A DNA stretch of 64,000 bases from Hormiphora californensis (Eukaryota > Animalia > Ctenophora), in contig CM035357.1 in assembly GCA_020137815.1 (NCBI GenBank), positions 2,914,001 through 2,978,000 on the forward strand, read 5' to 3'. A model generated the notes under the pieces. The model saw only the letters and a program-made list of their open reading frames with translations, had not been told where the DNA came from and searched no databases. The translations under genes were made by a program, and so were the position numbers. Within the stretch, counting starts at the first letter, position 1, and the number at the start of each line of letters is the position of its first letter. Below, piece after piece: positions 1 to 45,157 of this stretch.

Positions 1-2241
1 CTGAAGATTTACTGAGACTCATTTTGTACTGAATGTTCTTGCTGTACTTTCCTCCACTGGATTTTGACTTGGTTGGAGCAATTTTAATCCCGTCCCCTTT
101 AGTCCAGTAGGCATTTGTCGGGCTAGCCCCTCCTGTGTATGAACAGTCCAAGTACAATGAACTAGATGCTGAGCCATCTCCATCAACAGTAATCGTCTGC
201 CGTTCATCCACACTACTGGAAACAATCCTGGTTGCCACGGTAACGGATCCAGAAGTTAAATACGTGTTGTCACTGAACTTGAATACTATCTCATAGGTAC
301 CGTCATTTGCACCCTTACTGCTATCTTCGAGGGAGTAGACCCATGTGAAGTCACCCTGCTGTTCAGGTCCGGTAATGTAATTGTAGATCCTGGACGTCCC
401 TCTAAGAAGGTAGTTAGACCTGGGTTGTTCCACCGATTTAACCATGACTGTTGTCGACCAATCCTCAGTCCTGATAACGATAGTCCCACTCACCTCCATC
501 TCTAGAATCCTGACTGTCACCTCGTAACCCTTGGTAACGTTAACACTCCCCAACATGTACACACACTGATATGTCCCGTCATCCGATGGTAGAAGAGACC
601 CCGTTGAGACCTGACTTGTCATGGAAGAACCAGTCCAGGAGGTCTCCGTAACATTCCATTTAGTGTTATTGATGGGAGCATTGTTCAGCAACCACACCAC
701 ATCCAGTGGCTCTGAAGTCCCAGCGAAGGAGCATGTCAGGGTCTGAGCCCCACCGGATGAGGTCACGGTGACTGTTTCACCTGACTGTATTACCTCCACG
801 TCCACCCCCTCACTGGACAATGTTGCTACATACCCTTTAGCTGTGAACGTGACGCTATATTCCCCGTTATCATCAGAGGAAGCATCCTCCTTGCTGATTG
901 AGATAGTGTAGTTGTGTTTGCTAGTTCTGGAAATGCCTTCCACCCAGCCGTCAGTTGTGGATAGGAGTGATCCATCCCTGTACCAACCCAATGTGTAACT
1001 TTGCCAGTTACTGGAGTAAAGTGTCGCCTCCAGAGTGAGAGTACTTCCATCTACTAGCAACATGGGGGATGGAGATGTGATCGCCACGTGGCCGTACATT
1101 AGAACCATGGACAGGGAGGGATCGTTGGTGTCAGCGTAGGAAAAGGTACATTCGTATACCCCCGGTTCCGAGGTGAAATCAGAGTCTCCCTGGGCTTTGG
1201 TTGTGTAGTTTCACACCCCACGTGTTGCCTACCCAGATCCAGCAGATCCGTTTCTGTCACAGCTCAATCCAGAGGGAAGAGTCCACCCCGCGCTGGTGGG
1301 ATTTCTCCTCACTCTCCACCTTACACCATAACGTGGTAGGTTTGAATTCACTGTAGTACACAGAAGGGATATCGGAGTAGGCGACTCGAACCTGGACAGT
1401 GGACAGATGTGTTTGAAGTTACCGCCGTGATCTGGATATTCAAGTGTGCACGTGTAAATACCATCATCCACCCATGTGCTGTCAGTGGCGACGATGACAT
1501 GATTTCCATCAGAGTCAGTCTTTTGAACACCCGGTAACAGCCCCCGCTCCATCCCAGGCCCAGGTCACAGAATAATCATCTCGATCGGACAGTACCGGCA
1601 CACGTGAGAGTCCATTCAGAGGACACTGACACAAGATTGGACATGGTGGGGATCCGGAACAAGTAGGGATACAGACTCTTTCACCCAGCCGTGGTGTGGT
1701 GTCTTCACCGTGCATATGAACTCTAGTTTCGGGCCCACCACCCCCGCTATAAACTCAATATCAACTTCATAGACCAGTTCCGGTGTGGGGTTGACTGTCC
1801 GGCCATTGATCAGCCATTTGTATGTTGTGATATTGACACTGCTATCCACATTACACGTCAACATGTAAGTTGGCGTCATGACAACCTGCACGGGTCCACC
1901 CAGGATCTCCACGGAAATATGCTCGACGGTGAGGTTAGTCTTGAAAACCTGACCTAGCACCTCCGCGTAACACTCATACACCCCAGACTGTGCACTGCTG
2001 ACATCCCCAAACTCGATACTGATAGTCGTGTTGTCAGTTTGAATGATGTTGTATTTGGAGTCATTTGAATAGATACGGGTTCCATTATACTCCCACCACA
2101 TTGCACTAGGTGGGATAGTTGACGGTACAATAGGTACTGTTGGAGCCAGCATGGACACCAACAGTCCCTGATTCAGCGGTGACAACTACACCGTACACAA
2201 TGGCTGTAGAGTTCTCGTAGTATCCTGCACCGTCAATGAAT
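1..2241 (-). CDS. Large exon of an Ig-like-domain repeat extracellular protein (partial, continues past window edge; frame broken by several +1 single-base insertions)
   Basis: Acceptor ctccctacag at 2242; stitched translation gives repeated Ig motifs (MWWEYNG, SGVYECYA, YMLTCNV..YKWLING, EWTLTC..SVTWAWDG, DGIYTCTL, PGVYECTF). Confidence 0.75.
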
Positions 2242-3128
2242 CTGTAGGGAGAGAGAGTTGGTATTGTCTTGAACTTCGAATCATATCAGATATTATCGGT
2301 ATCACCGCAAATTTTTGGAGGTTAGACCAAATAGTTTGGGACATAGATGTCCTATCATGGCACTCAAAGGGTTAATATTATCGTTACCTGCACGACCACG
2401 CCTCGTAGACACTGTCAAGAATTGTAACCTCCAGTGTAGACTGAATAACATAATCGCTCAACATGACCGTTTCCGGGAATAATCCCCAACTTCTGAGAAC
2501 CACTTCTGATCGGCTATTGACGTCATCTGGGTTGAGGTCACGTTCTGTTTTGTGTTAAACATCTTTACATGCGAAGATATTGTATGAACAATTGTATGAA
2601 ACTTGAACATGCAAATAATTTGGCCCCGAACAACCTAGAATGTAGATATATATCTATAGATAAATTTGACTTATATTCTGACTTCAGAGTTATTCAATGT
2701 TTTTCGCATGTTTAAACGGGTAGCAAGTTTAAACGGGCGATAGCTACCACGTATCACCAGAATCGACCTGACCTGCATTCTAGGTTGATTTAAAAACATT
2801 CCATGGCCATGCATGGCATATTTAAAGAATAATCTGAATTACTGGCATGTATGTATAGATGTAGGAATCATAGCTTTTTATGGTCTTCATGAACATTATA
2901 ATTACCGACGAGCCACTTTGCCTTCTTAGGCATGTCTGAAGAACCCCAAATGCAGACAAGGTTGATGGACCCAGGGTCACGGAGTATCAGAGAGGGTAGT
3001 GCCTGGATAAAACCTGGAGACATTTGAATTAGAATTAGTTCGCTAGGTACAGTTTCTAGTGAATAAATTGCAGAATTTGAAACAGATGAATGACCAGAAG
3101 ACACGAGCAAGGTCAATTTTAATCTAAC

Positions 3129-4817
3129 CTGCCCTGTGCAAGGTGGTTGAGACATTTTTAGCAAAATCATATCCATTCAAAGCAACTTGGCAAGTGTAAA
3201 TACCGCCCTGGAAACCATGATTTGATAACACGACTATCTGAGAAGCCTCGGTCTTATCAGTATCCGAGATAATGGTAGTATTTTCATCCTGTATCAGAAT
3301 TCCTGACGTACCATACCTAGAAATGGGCAGGGTTACCAAGACTAAACCTAAAAGGTTAAGGGCACACCTAAAATAGGTCATTGGAATCTTCTATATGAAC
3401 CCCAAGGCTAAATCTAAAATGTAAATTGGATCTCCAAGCCATCTCTTTTTTCGGGGTAGTAAAATTACTCACCATGTTATAGTAACTGCATCTGACCCCA
3501 TGTAAACACAGGTAAGGTTGACATTGTCTGAGTTGTACTCAGTTGTCTCGGGGAGACTTGGAAGGTTCGCGTAGGTCAGATGGGCAGTTGTGTTGAGAGT
3601 GGTATTGTACTTGGAGAGGTAGTAAATACAAACAACTGCGAACGTAATTATTGGGAATCATTAGAAATCATAAAAAAATTTTCATAAATGATATCTGATC
3701 AGGGTTAAATAGGGATTAATTTTAGTGCCATAATTAGTATGTATAGGTAAAAATGAAGTTTATCAAATTACCCAAATCAATTGCGGTGTCGGTTGTAAGA
3801 TGGTTTATCGTCACATTATCCCTTCTCTGTCCATCACCTCCTGATAGTTCCTCAATATCACCAATCTATAGGGGAATATTTAACCATCATGACGTCTTCT
3901 AAAGAAGACACCCTGCATTCCCTAAAACTAAAGCAGCGGACTACGACTTTCGAGGACTAAAATCCTGGGCTTCTTTTCAGGGAATGTAATTATTACAGGG
4001 AATGGATTTTCTCCAAATTTCTCTTTTCTTTTATAGAACACCTTACCTGGTATCCCTCCCAGTACCAGGTCAAGGTGTCAGGAGTTGGACCGTTATAGAC
4101 ACACCCCACATCAGCGGTGTATGATTCAGAAACCACGATAGGTTTAGCGGGATTCAGGGTGTACACGCCAACGTATGTTGTCATCTCATATCTTATCTGG
4201 AGAAAACGAAATTAACTTTTGCATAAATGCTACAATATTAAGGTTGGATATATTGATTTGATTACTGGGTTATGACATTACTATTCATGCTGTATAATCA
4301 TAGAAATGCTTGTTCATAGAAAGCAAAATATGTTGGAAAACATGATATATCAGTTCTTGGAATCTCCCTCATTATATATATTCGGTACGAGGCCGAGGAG
4401 GGATACTGCATCCCTAAACAAAACAAACCTCGTCATTGCGATACGATGTACACGTGAAGATATGCCTGTACCTCCCTCTAGCGACTGGGCCTAACGGACC
4501 AACTTCCCACTTGATCTGAGGGAAATTCAATTAAAGTATGATACTTGCTAAGACTGCAGGCGACCAGCAGAAGAGTATAGATGGAACGACACACAATAAA
4601 TCTAAATACAAAATCTTAATACAAAATGGATTTGTCAGTTAGTCACATTATACCTGTGTAAAATTTCGGCTGTCATGTTGAACCGGACCGATAACTACAA
4701 CAGATGGATCAGCAATGGTGATACCATCCATTTGATAGAGCATCGAATCAGAATCATCATCCGTGTAACACGTTACATTGATCATCGAGCCATCTTCACC
4801 CATCTTCACATCAGTTT
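3129..4817 (-). CDS. Small Ig-like exons of the same gene (4654-4817, 4047-4196, ~3773-3866, ~3129-3316)
   Basis: GT-AG-bounded, phase-compatible exons, e.g. ..VGCVYNGPTPDTLTWYWEGYQ and ..GGIYTCQVALNG; boundaries of the smaller exons are approximate. Confidence 0.65.
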
Positions 4818-4985
4818 CTGAATAATTGATTGAATGCTTATGGGAAATGTTTCAAAACTTTTCTAACCTTCCTTTATGCAGGGTCGAACAAGGCAAACAT
4901 TAAGCACTTTCATTCTTATCTAGGAACATAATACATATTCTGTAGAAATCTAGATTCTAGGTTTCTACTTTCTACAAAACTGTAC

Positions 4986-7696
4986 CTGTAGGAGCAAACG
5001 TTGGTTCCTCGGTCATTTCCTCTGTTACATAAGAAGTCGTGACTGAAGAGGATGTGGCAGATGTCCTTGACGTTGAAGAGGACTCAGTTGTTGGGGATGA
5101 AGTTCTTGCTTCTGTTTGAGACGTTGTCATCGAAGAGCTTGTGATGTTTTGAGGATCGGTCTGGTTCCTGGCCTCTGTTGTAAACGACGACGTTGCTGAA
5201 GTAGGGGTCGCTGTTGACGTCGGTTTTTCGGTTTGAGACGTTGTCATCGAAGAGCTTGTGGTGTTTTGAGGATCGGTCTGATTTTTTGCTTCCGTTGTAA
5301 ACGACGACGTTGCTGAAGTTGGGGTTGCTGTTGACGTCGGTTTTTCGGTTTGTGACGTTGTCATCGAAGAGCTTGTGATGTTTTGGGGATCGGTCTGATT
5401 TTTTGCTTCCGTTGTAAACGACGACGTTACTGAAGTCGTAAACGAAGACGTTGCTGAAGTAGGGGTGGCTGTTGACGTCGGTTTTTCGGTTTGAGACGAC
5501 GTCATCGAAGAGCTTGTGATGTTTTGAGGATCGGTCTGATTTTTTGCTTCCGTTGTAAACGAAGACGTTGCTGAAGTAGGGGTGGCTGGGGATGAAGTTC
5601 TTGCCTCTGTTTGAGACGTCGTCATCGAAGAGCTTGTGATGTTTTGGGGATCAGTCTGGTTCCTGGCCTCTGTTGTAAACGACGACGTTGCTGAAGTTGG
5701 GGTTGCTGTTGACGTAGGTTTTTCGGTTTGAGACGTTGTCATCGAAGAGCTTGTGATGTTTTGAGGATCGGTCTGGTTCCTGGCTTCTGTTGTAAACGAC
5801 GACGTTGCTGAAGTTGGGGTTGCTGTCGACGTTGAGGAGGACTCAGTTGTTGGGGATGAAGTTCTTGCCTCTGTTTGAGACGTCGTCATCGAAGAGCTTG
5901 TGATGTTTTGGGGATCGGTCTGGTTCCTGGCTTCTGTTGTAAACGACGACGTTGCTGAAGTTGGGGTTGCTGTTGACGTCGGTTTTTCGGTTTGTGACGT
6001 TGTCATCGAAGAGCTGGTGATGTTTTGAGGATCGGTCTGATTCCTAGCTTCCGTTGTAAACGACGACGTTGCTGAAGTAGGGGTTGCTGTTGACGTCGGT
6101 TTTTCGGTTTGAGACGTCGTCATCGAAGAGCTAGTGATGTTTTGGGGATCGGTCTGGTTCCTAGCTTCCGTTGTAAACGACGACGTTACAGAAGTTGGGG
6201 TTACTGTTGACGTCGGTTTTTCGGTTTGAGACGTCGTCATCGAAGAGCTGGTGATGTTTTGAGGATCGGTCTGATTCCTGGCTTCTGTAGTAAACGACGA
6301 AGTTACTGAAGTAGGAGTTGCTGTTGACGTTGCATTTTGCTCAGTTGTAAATGACGACGTTGTCATCGAAGAGCTTGTGATGTTTTGGGGATCCGTCTGA
6401 TTCCTTGCTTCCGTAGTAAACGACGACGTTACTGAAGTTGGGGTTGCTGTTGACGTTGCATTTTCCGTTTGAGACGTCGTCATCGAAGAGCTTGTGGTGT
6501 TTTGGGGATCGGTCTGATTCCTTGCTTCCGTAGTAAACGACGACGTTACTGAAGTTGGGGTCGCTGTTGACGTCGGTTTTTCGGTTTGAGACGTCGTCAT
6601 CGAAGAGCTGGTGATGTTTTGAGGATCGGTCTGATTCCTTGCTTCCGTAGTAAACGACGACGTTACTGAAGTTGGAGTCGCTGTTGACGTTGGTTTTTCG
6701 GTTTGAGACGTTGTCATCGAAGAGCTTGTGACGTTTTGAGGATCCGTCTGGTTCCTAGCTTCCGTTGTAAACGACGACGTTACTGAAGTTGGAGTCGCTG
6801 TCGACGTTGCATTCTGTTCAGTTGTAAAGGGGGACGTTGAATTTTGCTCAGTTGTGAATGAGCTTGTGATGTTTTGGGGATCCGTCTGATTCCTGGCTTC
6901 CGTTGTAAACGACGACGTTACTGAAGTTGGGGTTGCTGTTGACGTTGCGTTTTGCTCAGTTGTAAAGGGAGACGTTGAATTTTGCTCCGTTGTAAATGAG
7001 CTTGTGATGTTTTGAGGATCGGTCTGATTCCTTGCTTCCGTTGTAAACGACGACGTTACTGAAGTAGGAGTCGCTGTCGACGTTGCATTTTGCTCAGTTG
7101 TAAAGGGAGACGTTGAATTTTTCTCCGTTGTAAATGAGCTTGTGACGTTTTGGGGATCCGTTTGATTCCTTGCTTCCGTAGTAAACGACGACGTTACTGA
7201 AGTAGGGGTTGCTGTTGACGTTGCATTCTGTTCAGTTGTAAAGGGAGACGTTGAATTTTGCTCAGTTGTAAATGAGCTTGTGATGTTTTGGGGATCCGTC
7301 TGATTCCTTGCTTCCGTAGTAAACGACGACGTTACTGAAGTTGGAGTCGCTGTCGACGTTGCATTTTGCTCAGTTGTAAAGGGAGATGTTGAATTTAGCT
7401 CAGTTGTAAAAGACGACGTAGCATTTAGCTCAGTTGTAAATGACGACGTAGCATTTTTCTCGGTTGGTAAATCCCGAGGTTCGATTGTCTTATTTTGAGC
7501 CTCAGTTGTAGATTTGGGTGGCGTTGTATATGAAGAAGAAGTTGATGCATGGGATGTCGGGGAAGAAGAATGTGTATGGTCATTGGCATGGCGACGATTC
7601 CTCACTAAGTTTGTCACTGGAGGATCTTCTTCGGTTTGTTTATGTAAGGAGCGGACAAAACAGAGTCTTTGGCCGCACTCAGGTACACTGGTAAAC
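4986..7696 (-). CDS. Mucin-like Ser/Thr-rich tandem-repeat exon of the Ig-domain gene
   Basis: 2.7-kb open exon bounded by ctctgcag acceptor and g|gtacag donor; repeats TSTATPTSVTSSFTTEARNQTDPQNITSSSMTTSQTEKP with variable third codon positions; RNRR furin-like site; probable upstream small exons to about 8607. Confidence 0.85.
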
Positions 7697-10383
7697 CTGC
7701 AGAGAATGGGTTGTGTCAAAAGATCAGAACCGTGTTTTGAAAGCGTTGCCATGCCAAGAATGCAGCTGACATTATGCCCTTCCTGGTATATGGGTTAAAA
7801 CAAACCTGTATGCATATCCATATCTGCACAAAACAACTTCAGCAGTTATACCATCTTTATTTGATCTGTTATCCATCAGTTTGAGGGTAACATAACCATC
7901 TGAAAACATGTTCACGGTTTGTTATATATCCGGCCTCTGTCATGCACGTGTATGTTTCTGCAAAATATCATGTTGGATTTTCATGCACTATATTATGTAG
8001 TTGGACAAGCAGAACATGCATACTACTACTAATAATAATATGTTCTAGAGGTTTTAAAACTATAGAATACCAAGTGTATTATTACCTTCATAACTGCTAG
8101 GATGACTAGAGGCAGAATGGAGTTTTCCCTCACATGGATCCTCTGAAACCGCGACATCGGGACCAAAACTGTACCTGTTGAAAAATACTGGTTCAAAAAC
8201 ACAATCTCAAAGTGACTTAAGTGACGTAAGTGACTTAAGTGGACTCGTATATTATGCCACATGATCGGTCTAAAAAGTTAATCACTTAGCAAATTGAGCA
8301 AATAAACGCATACTCCAAGAATGAATGTATTACCATAATTTTGGGCTGAGTAGGTTTCTAAGGCACGAATCTTGGATGTTGTTAATCTGAGTCACCTGAT
8401 CCCTGCACACATCTTCTTGCAGTCCTGCTGCTACCTGCAATGAAAACAAGGTGTGTTACCGGTAATCAATAAACAGATAATTATGTACTATGTGTTTGAG
8501 ACATGTGCATTTTAGACATCTTGTAATTTTGGACATGTTAATAATGGTCTCTACTTGTTACTTAACAAGTAACTACACCTACATCTGTGACGACGAGTAG
8601 ACTTGCTAGAATGTAAAGCATAGGCTGAGGGGCACTCCAAGCCTAGCTTTCAAAGCTGGCTGGTTGTCACGTTTGAACTGTGTCACTAAAGTAACAGTTA
8701 GGGTAAAATTGAATAAAACTTTAACAATGTATCTATGGCATACTAAAAATGTAAGAGAACTATCAAAACAAGGGGACACAAGTACACGGAATCAGGGAAC
8801 TTCAAAGTCAAACTGCAGTGCGTGTGTAATATTATATCGAAGCGGCTTATGTAAACACTGTCTTGTGTATGAGGCCCATAGTTCGAATAGCTTCCCTCTG
8901 AACGTCTATTATTATATCCCTGATACAATATCCTTCGTCAATGACGTCAATGACGAAATGGAAGGATGCATTGATTGGTTGATTGAATTACTTTTACCTT
9001 CCATTTATGGTCAATCATAGCAAGTCAATCAATTGGACAATCAATTGGAAAACCAAAGTAGTGGTAAGAAAACTTAGCCATGCGGACGGTGGTGCATATG
9101 TTTGAATTGTTCATACTTTTTTCGTGCGAAGCAATTAGGTCCACGGACACAGTTTCAGGCGACTCAAGTGTTATAGGCTCACCCAAGACGTTCGTGCCCA
9201 TGGTAACAACTCAAAACTCCTCCTCCGATTTCTAAATGATCTAATCCAGCTCCATCAATAAACGTGGCTCGTATTTGTCAAGCAAAATAACGCTATGATA
9301 ACACGCCATTCAAGTTTGAAAGCTCGAAACAAAAGTAGTCAAAAGGACGAATCACGATAGAGTAGTTTTGGGAAAATAGTTTAACATATATATGTGATAC
9401 AACAACAGTCTAAGAGAAACTAGAAAGACTCGTTGGTCCCCAAGAAGGTTGAAGAAAGGAGCGTGTGTGGGTGTGGAATAACTAGGAAGATTCTAAATAA
9501 ACACTGTTAGGATGAATTGGCATAAACTGTATCCCCCTGATTTTCAGAGCAGTTATTTGTTTTGTTCAAACCCTCGGAGAGAGAGAGATACTGCCACTAT
9601 ACTGCCGACGATACGAGGAAAAAAACATACAGTATTGAAATATTGAAATAAAAGTGATATGCCCTTAGCCTCAGGAGGGTAGAAGACATGTGAGGCTAAA
9701 ACCCACAGCGAGACGGAACTGAAAACGCAGGCACTATGACGTCATTCTGACGTCACGAGTTATTTAGTCGGACAAAGTGTAAAGTTCTTCTACTAAAACC
9801 TTTCTGGATTTGGGATGTTAGATGAGAATATGATTTAATGGTTATATTAGGCTTCATCGGGTGGTAAAGAACCTACTTCGATCATAATTTTAAGAGTGGC
9901 ACCTAGACAAAAGACAGAGCCGTGGAGAGAAAGAAAATACGAGAGCTAGCTAGATAGACGGAGGGGGTTTACCAATTAGCTAATTGTAGCGACATCAAGC
10001 AGAATCGAATTCGAGCACTTCATCAACTACAGCAATAGAAAGAGAGATCCTAAGATGACATTGTCATGTATTAAACGGATGCAGAGGCTAGAAATATACA
10101 TGATATACCAATTAGGTCCTAGAGAAACAGTTAGACACCCTTTGACTGAGGGACTATCCCTTTTTGCTTCATCAATTTCAACAACCATTGTTGAGAATAT
10201 TACAATGGAATTTCGAATTACTGGAATAAAATAAACAAGAATAATATATGATTTTGCGATTAAAAAAATTAAATGAAGGGGTAAAAGCGAACGTTGTTAT
10301 GTTCTAACTCTCTCGTACGGGGCGCAATGAAACAGGGTAAAGCAAGGCAAAGCAAACAAAAAGTAGTGACCTCATATTATGTA

Positions 10384-10553
10384 CAGCCGGACCCCGATTT
10401 ACCGGGATGCTCAGGGGAAGGGTTTTGCCCGGTAAATCGGGGTGCCGGGTATATCGGGGTCAAATACCGTTATTTTCCCCTATCGGGGGAATTTTATCCT
10501 CCCGGTAAATCGGGGTTCCGGTAAATCGGGCCCGGTAAATCGGGGTACGACTG
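10384..10553. mobile_element. Tc1/mariner-type MITE (CAG[T/C]CGGACCCCGATTTAC termini)
   Basis: Inverted termini and TA flanks; relatives at 31166-31322, 39486-39671, 43746-43931, with one-ended longer copies at ~26095 and ~40697. Confidence 0.8.
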
Positions 10554-10913
10554 TACGACAAAACGCAAAATATAATATTGCTTGGGATTAAGGAACAGAG
10601 ATCAGCGAGTGAGGGGGATAGAGAGAGAAAGTTAGAGAAAGAGAGTTAAAGAAAGAAAGAGAACCCAGCCGAGGATATTGTACACTGACCACTGTGCTTG
10701 CCACAACTGCAATGCGTCTCTGAGCTGCATGTCGATTTTTCTCAACTTTATCCTGATCAAGTATGAAAGTCGACAACAACACTGTCAACAAGATTTAACT
10801 GATATGAAGCATCATCACAATTGTTATAGTCCAGTGAGGACAAGGGGTTAATTGAGGTCGCCAGTAAAACGTCACAAGGAGACTCAAAGTATGCAGATCA
10901 TCAGAAGCACAGT

Positions 10914-10929
10914 TCTCTCTCTATCTCTC

Positions 10930-11028
<99 letters not shown>

Positions 11029-11120
11029 CTATCTCTCTCACTATCTCTCTCTCTCTCTCTCTCCCAGCTCCCTCTCTCACTATCTCTCTCTCTCTCTCTC
11101 TCCCAGCTCCCTCTCTCTCT
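10914..11120. repeat. (CT)n microsatellite
   Basis: Direct observation; similar tracts at ~14010-14176, 32440-32590, 51458-51537, 58826-58935, 63255-63410, 63555-63740. Confidence 0.95.
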
Positions 11121-11684
11121 ATGACTATTTCTATCTATTTCTCCACCCTCCCCCCTCATTTCGGAGTATCAGTGTATCACTATCTAACACAGCAGACTAA
11201 CGGGGGCATGTTATTAGGGCCGGGGTATCACGAATTCTTCGTCCGATGACGGATTGGGCTGTTTATAGGAATTCTAGAATGACCAGAAAAGTGATGGAAT
11301 GAATCCTTCTCGTATAATAGCAAGGGTTGAAGTATAATGTATATTATAGAGATGCTAATTATAAATGCATCCTACTACATTACAGGGTAATTTGACGTGA
11401 ACTTGAAAACCCTCAAACATTTTGTACGGAAGTGAATCAATGAATCATAATAATAACCAAAAAAAAAATTAATCATACTTGACACTACATAGGTGTTCGT
11501 GAATTCGTGGCCCCAAGGCCCCGAGGGGTGGTGACAAAAAGGCCATCTCCCGCGTTAGTTGACTCTACCGCTACGCAGGCAGGTTCTGCAAATGTTCAAT
11601 CCCGTATGACTCCGTCTAGACGCCGTTCCAATGACGTCTAGACGTCGTCCAGACGGAGTCAGACGGGATTGAGACGTGCCGTTT

Positions 11685-12065
11685 AGACGGTAGGCGGTAA
11701 ATGTTAACCAGATCTGTGAGAATTTCGCACGTTTTTGCCCATAACTCAGCCATTTCTTGACCAATTTGCAAAATCTTTGGCTCCTTGGAAAGAGGACAAT
11801 GAGCTCTTTCAAATGAGCCTAATTAAACTAAAATCGGCGCAAAATGCGCGGCGTGGTGGCGAAAACGCGCATTTTGCGCCATGACGCCGCGCATTTTGCG
11901 CCGATTTTAGTTTTATTAGGCTCATTTGAAAGAGCTCAATGTCCTCTTTCCAACGCGCCCAAGATTTTGCAAATTGGTCAAGAAATGACTGAGTTATGGA
12001 CAAAAACGTGGTTTTGCACGTACGTTTTCTCTCAGATCTGGTTAACATTTACCGCCTACCCGTTT
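11685..12065. repeat. Imperfect ~380-bp palindrome within an AGACGG/CCGTCT-rich repeat element
   Basis: gttaaccagatctg...ctctttcaaatgagcct is mirrored by aggctcatttgaaagag...cagatctggttaac around ~11868; the same agacgg motif repeats occur at 26545-26640 and 28110-28470. Confidence 0.75.
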
Positions 12066-13039
12066 AGACACGTCTCTACCCGTTTAGACGGTGTTGGACG
12101 AAATCAGACAGAACCTGTGAAATGAGACGGAAACTAAAGCCGTCTCAAGCACGTCTAAATCCGTCTCAAACTCTCAAGCCCGTATAGGCAAAACCCTTGC
12201 GCACGTCGCGCTATCCCCTGTACGTCTCCGACAAATTTGGCTGCCAAGCAAAACCCCGTTTAGACGGTTAGCGGTAAGGTCACACACTTTTTAGAACCAA
12301 ATGGCGGAGTTATGGAACAAAATGTGCGTTTTAAGGCGTTATGCGCCATAGCCCCGCCATTTATTCACCAATTTGGAAAGAGCCAACGAGCCCAAGGGCC
12401 ACCGACCCGATCTGAGAACCAAAACGGGGTCACCCGGTCAACAGACAGCTCGTCCATCTGGCATTACACGGAAGGCACGAAACAGTTTTTGTGAGAAAAT
12501 TCACCAAAGTAGCATTTTCATTTTCGCGCGCATGCCCGATCATCTGTCAATGCAGTTGTTTGGCGCTGACAAGGGCTCCAGAGTCCAGGAACATCAACCA
12601 ATGGAGCTGGAGACCCATTTATTTTAGAGATAAGGACAACTCATTGATCATGTGTCACGAAACGTCCACCACTTCTTTGGAAATAAACTACCAGCATGTC
12701 CGTAATCGTGGCAGCCTCACGTCACCAACCGATCCCTCATCCCAATCGGGGACTGAGTCCCGCAGAAAAATATAAAACACAGATATAATTAAAATTATTA
12801 TTAAAACAAATTCTACACAGTTTTCACCTTCAAATTCAACATCACATTCTCTACTCTCTTTTTGTTCTCTTTTAGTTTGCACCAAACTTTCTGTTAGTGT
12901 TTCTGTCACAGTCTCTTTCAATGCCCATATATGGACACACAGTTTGTCCATATATGGGCATTGAACCCGCTCTACTTCAGTTCTTTGCTCCGAAATTTCA
13001 TTGTTATTCCACTCCAACTCAAGAGTCTTCCCTCCCTCT

Positions 13040-45157
<32,118 letters not shown>

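Noticed and set aside
9737-9755. Paired TGACGTCA (CRE) motifs as a promoter
   Set aside because: The motif also occurs in repeats elsewhere in the window and there is no TSS evidence.
10852-11159. SLSL/RERE ORFs here and at the other (CT)n tracts
   Set aside because: Microsatellite translations.
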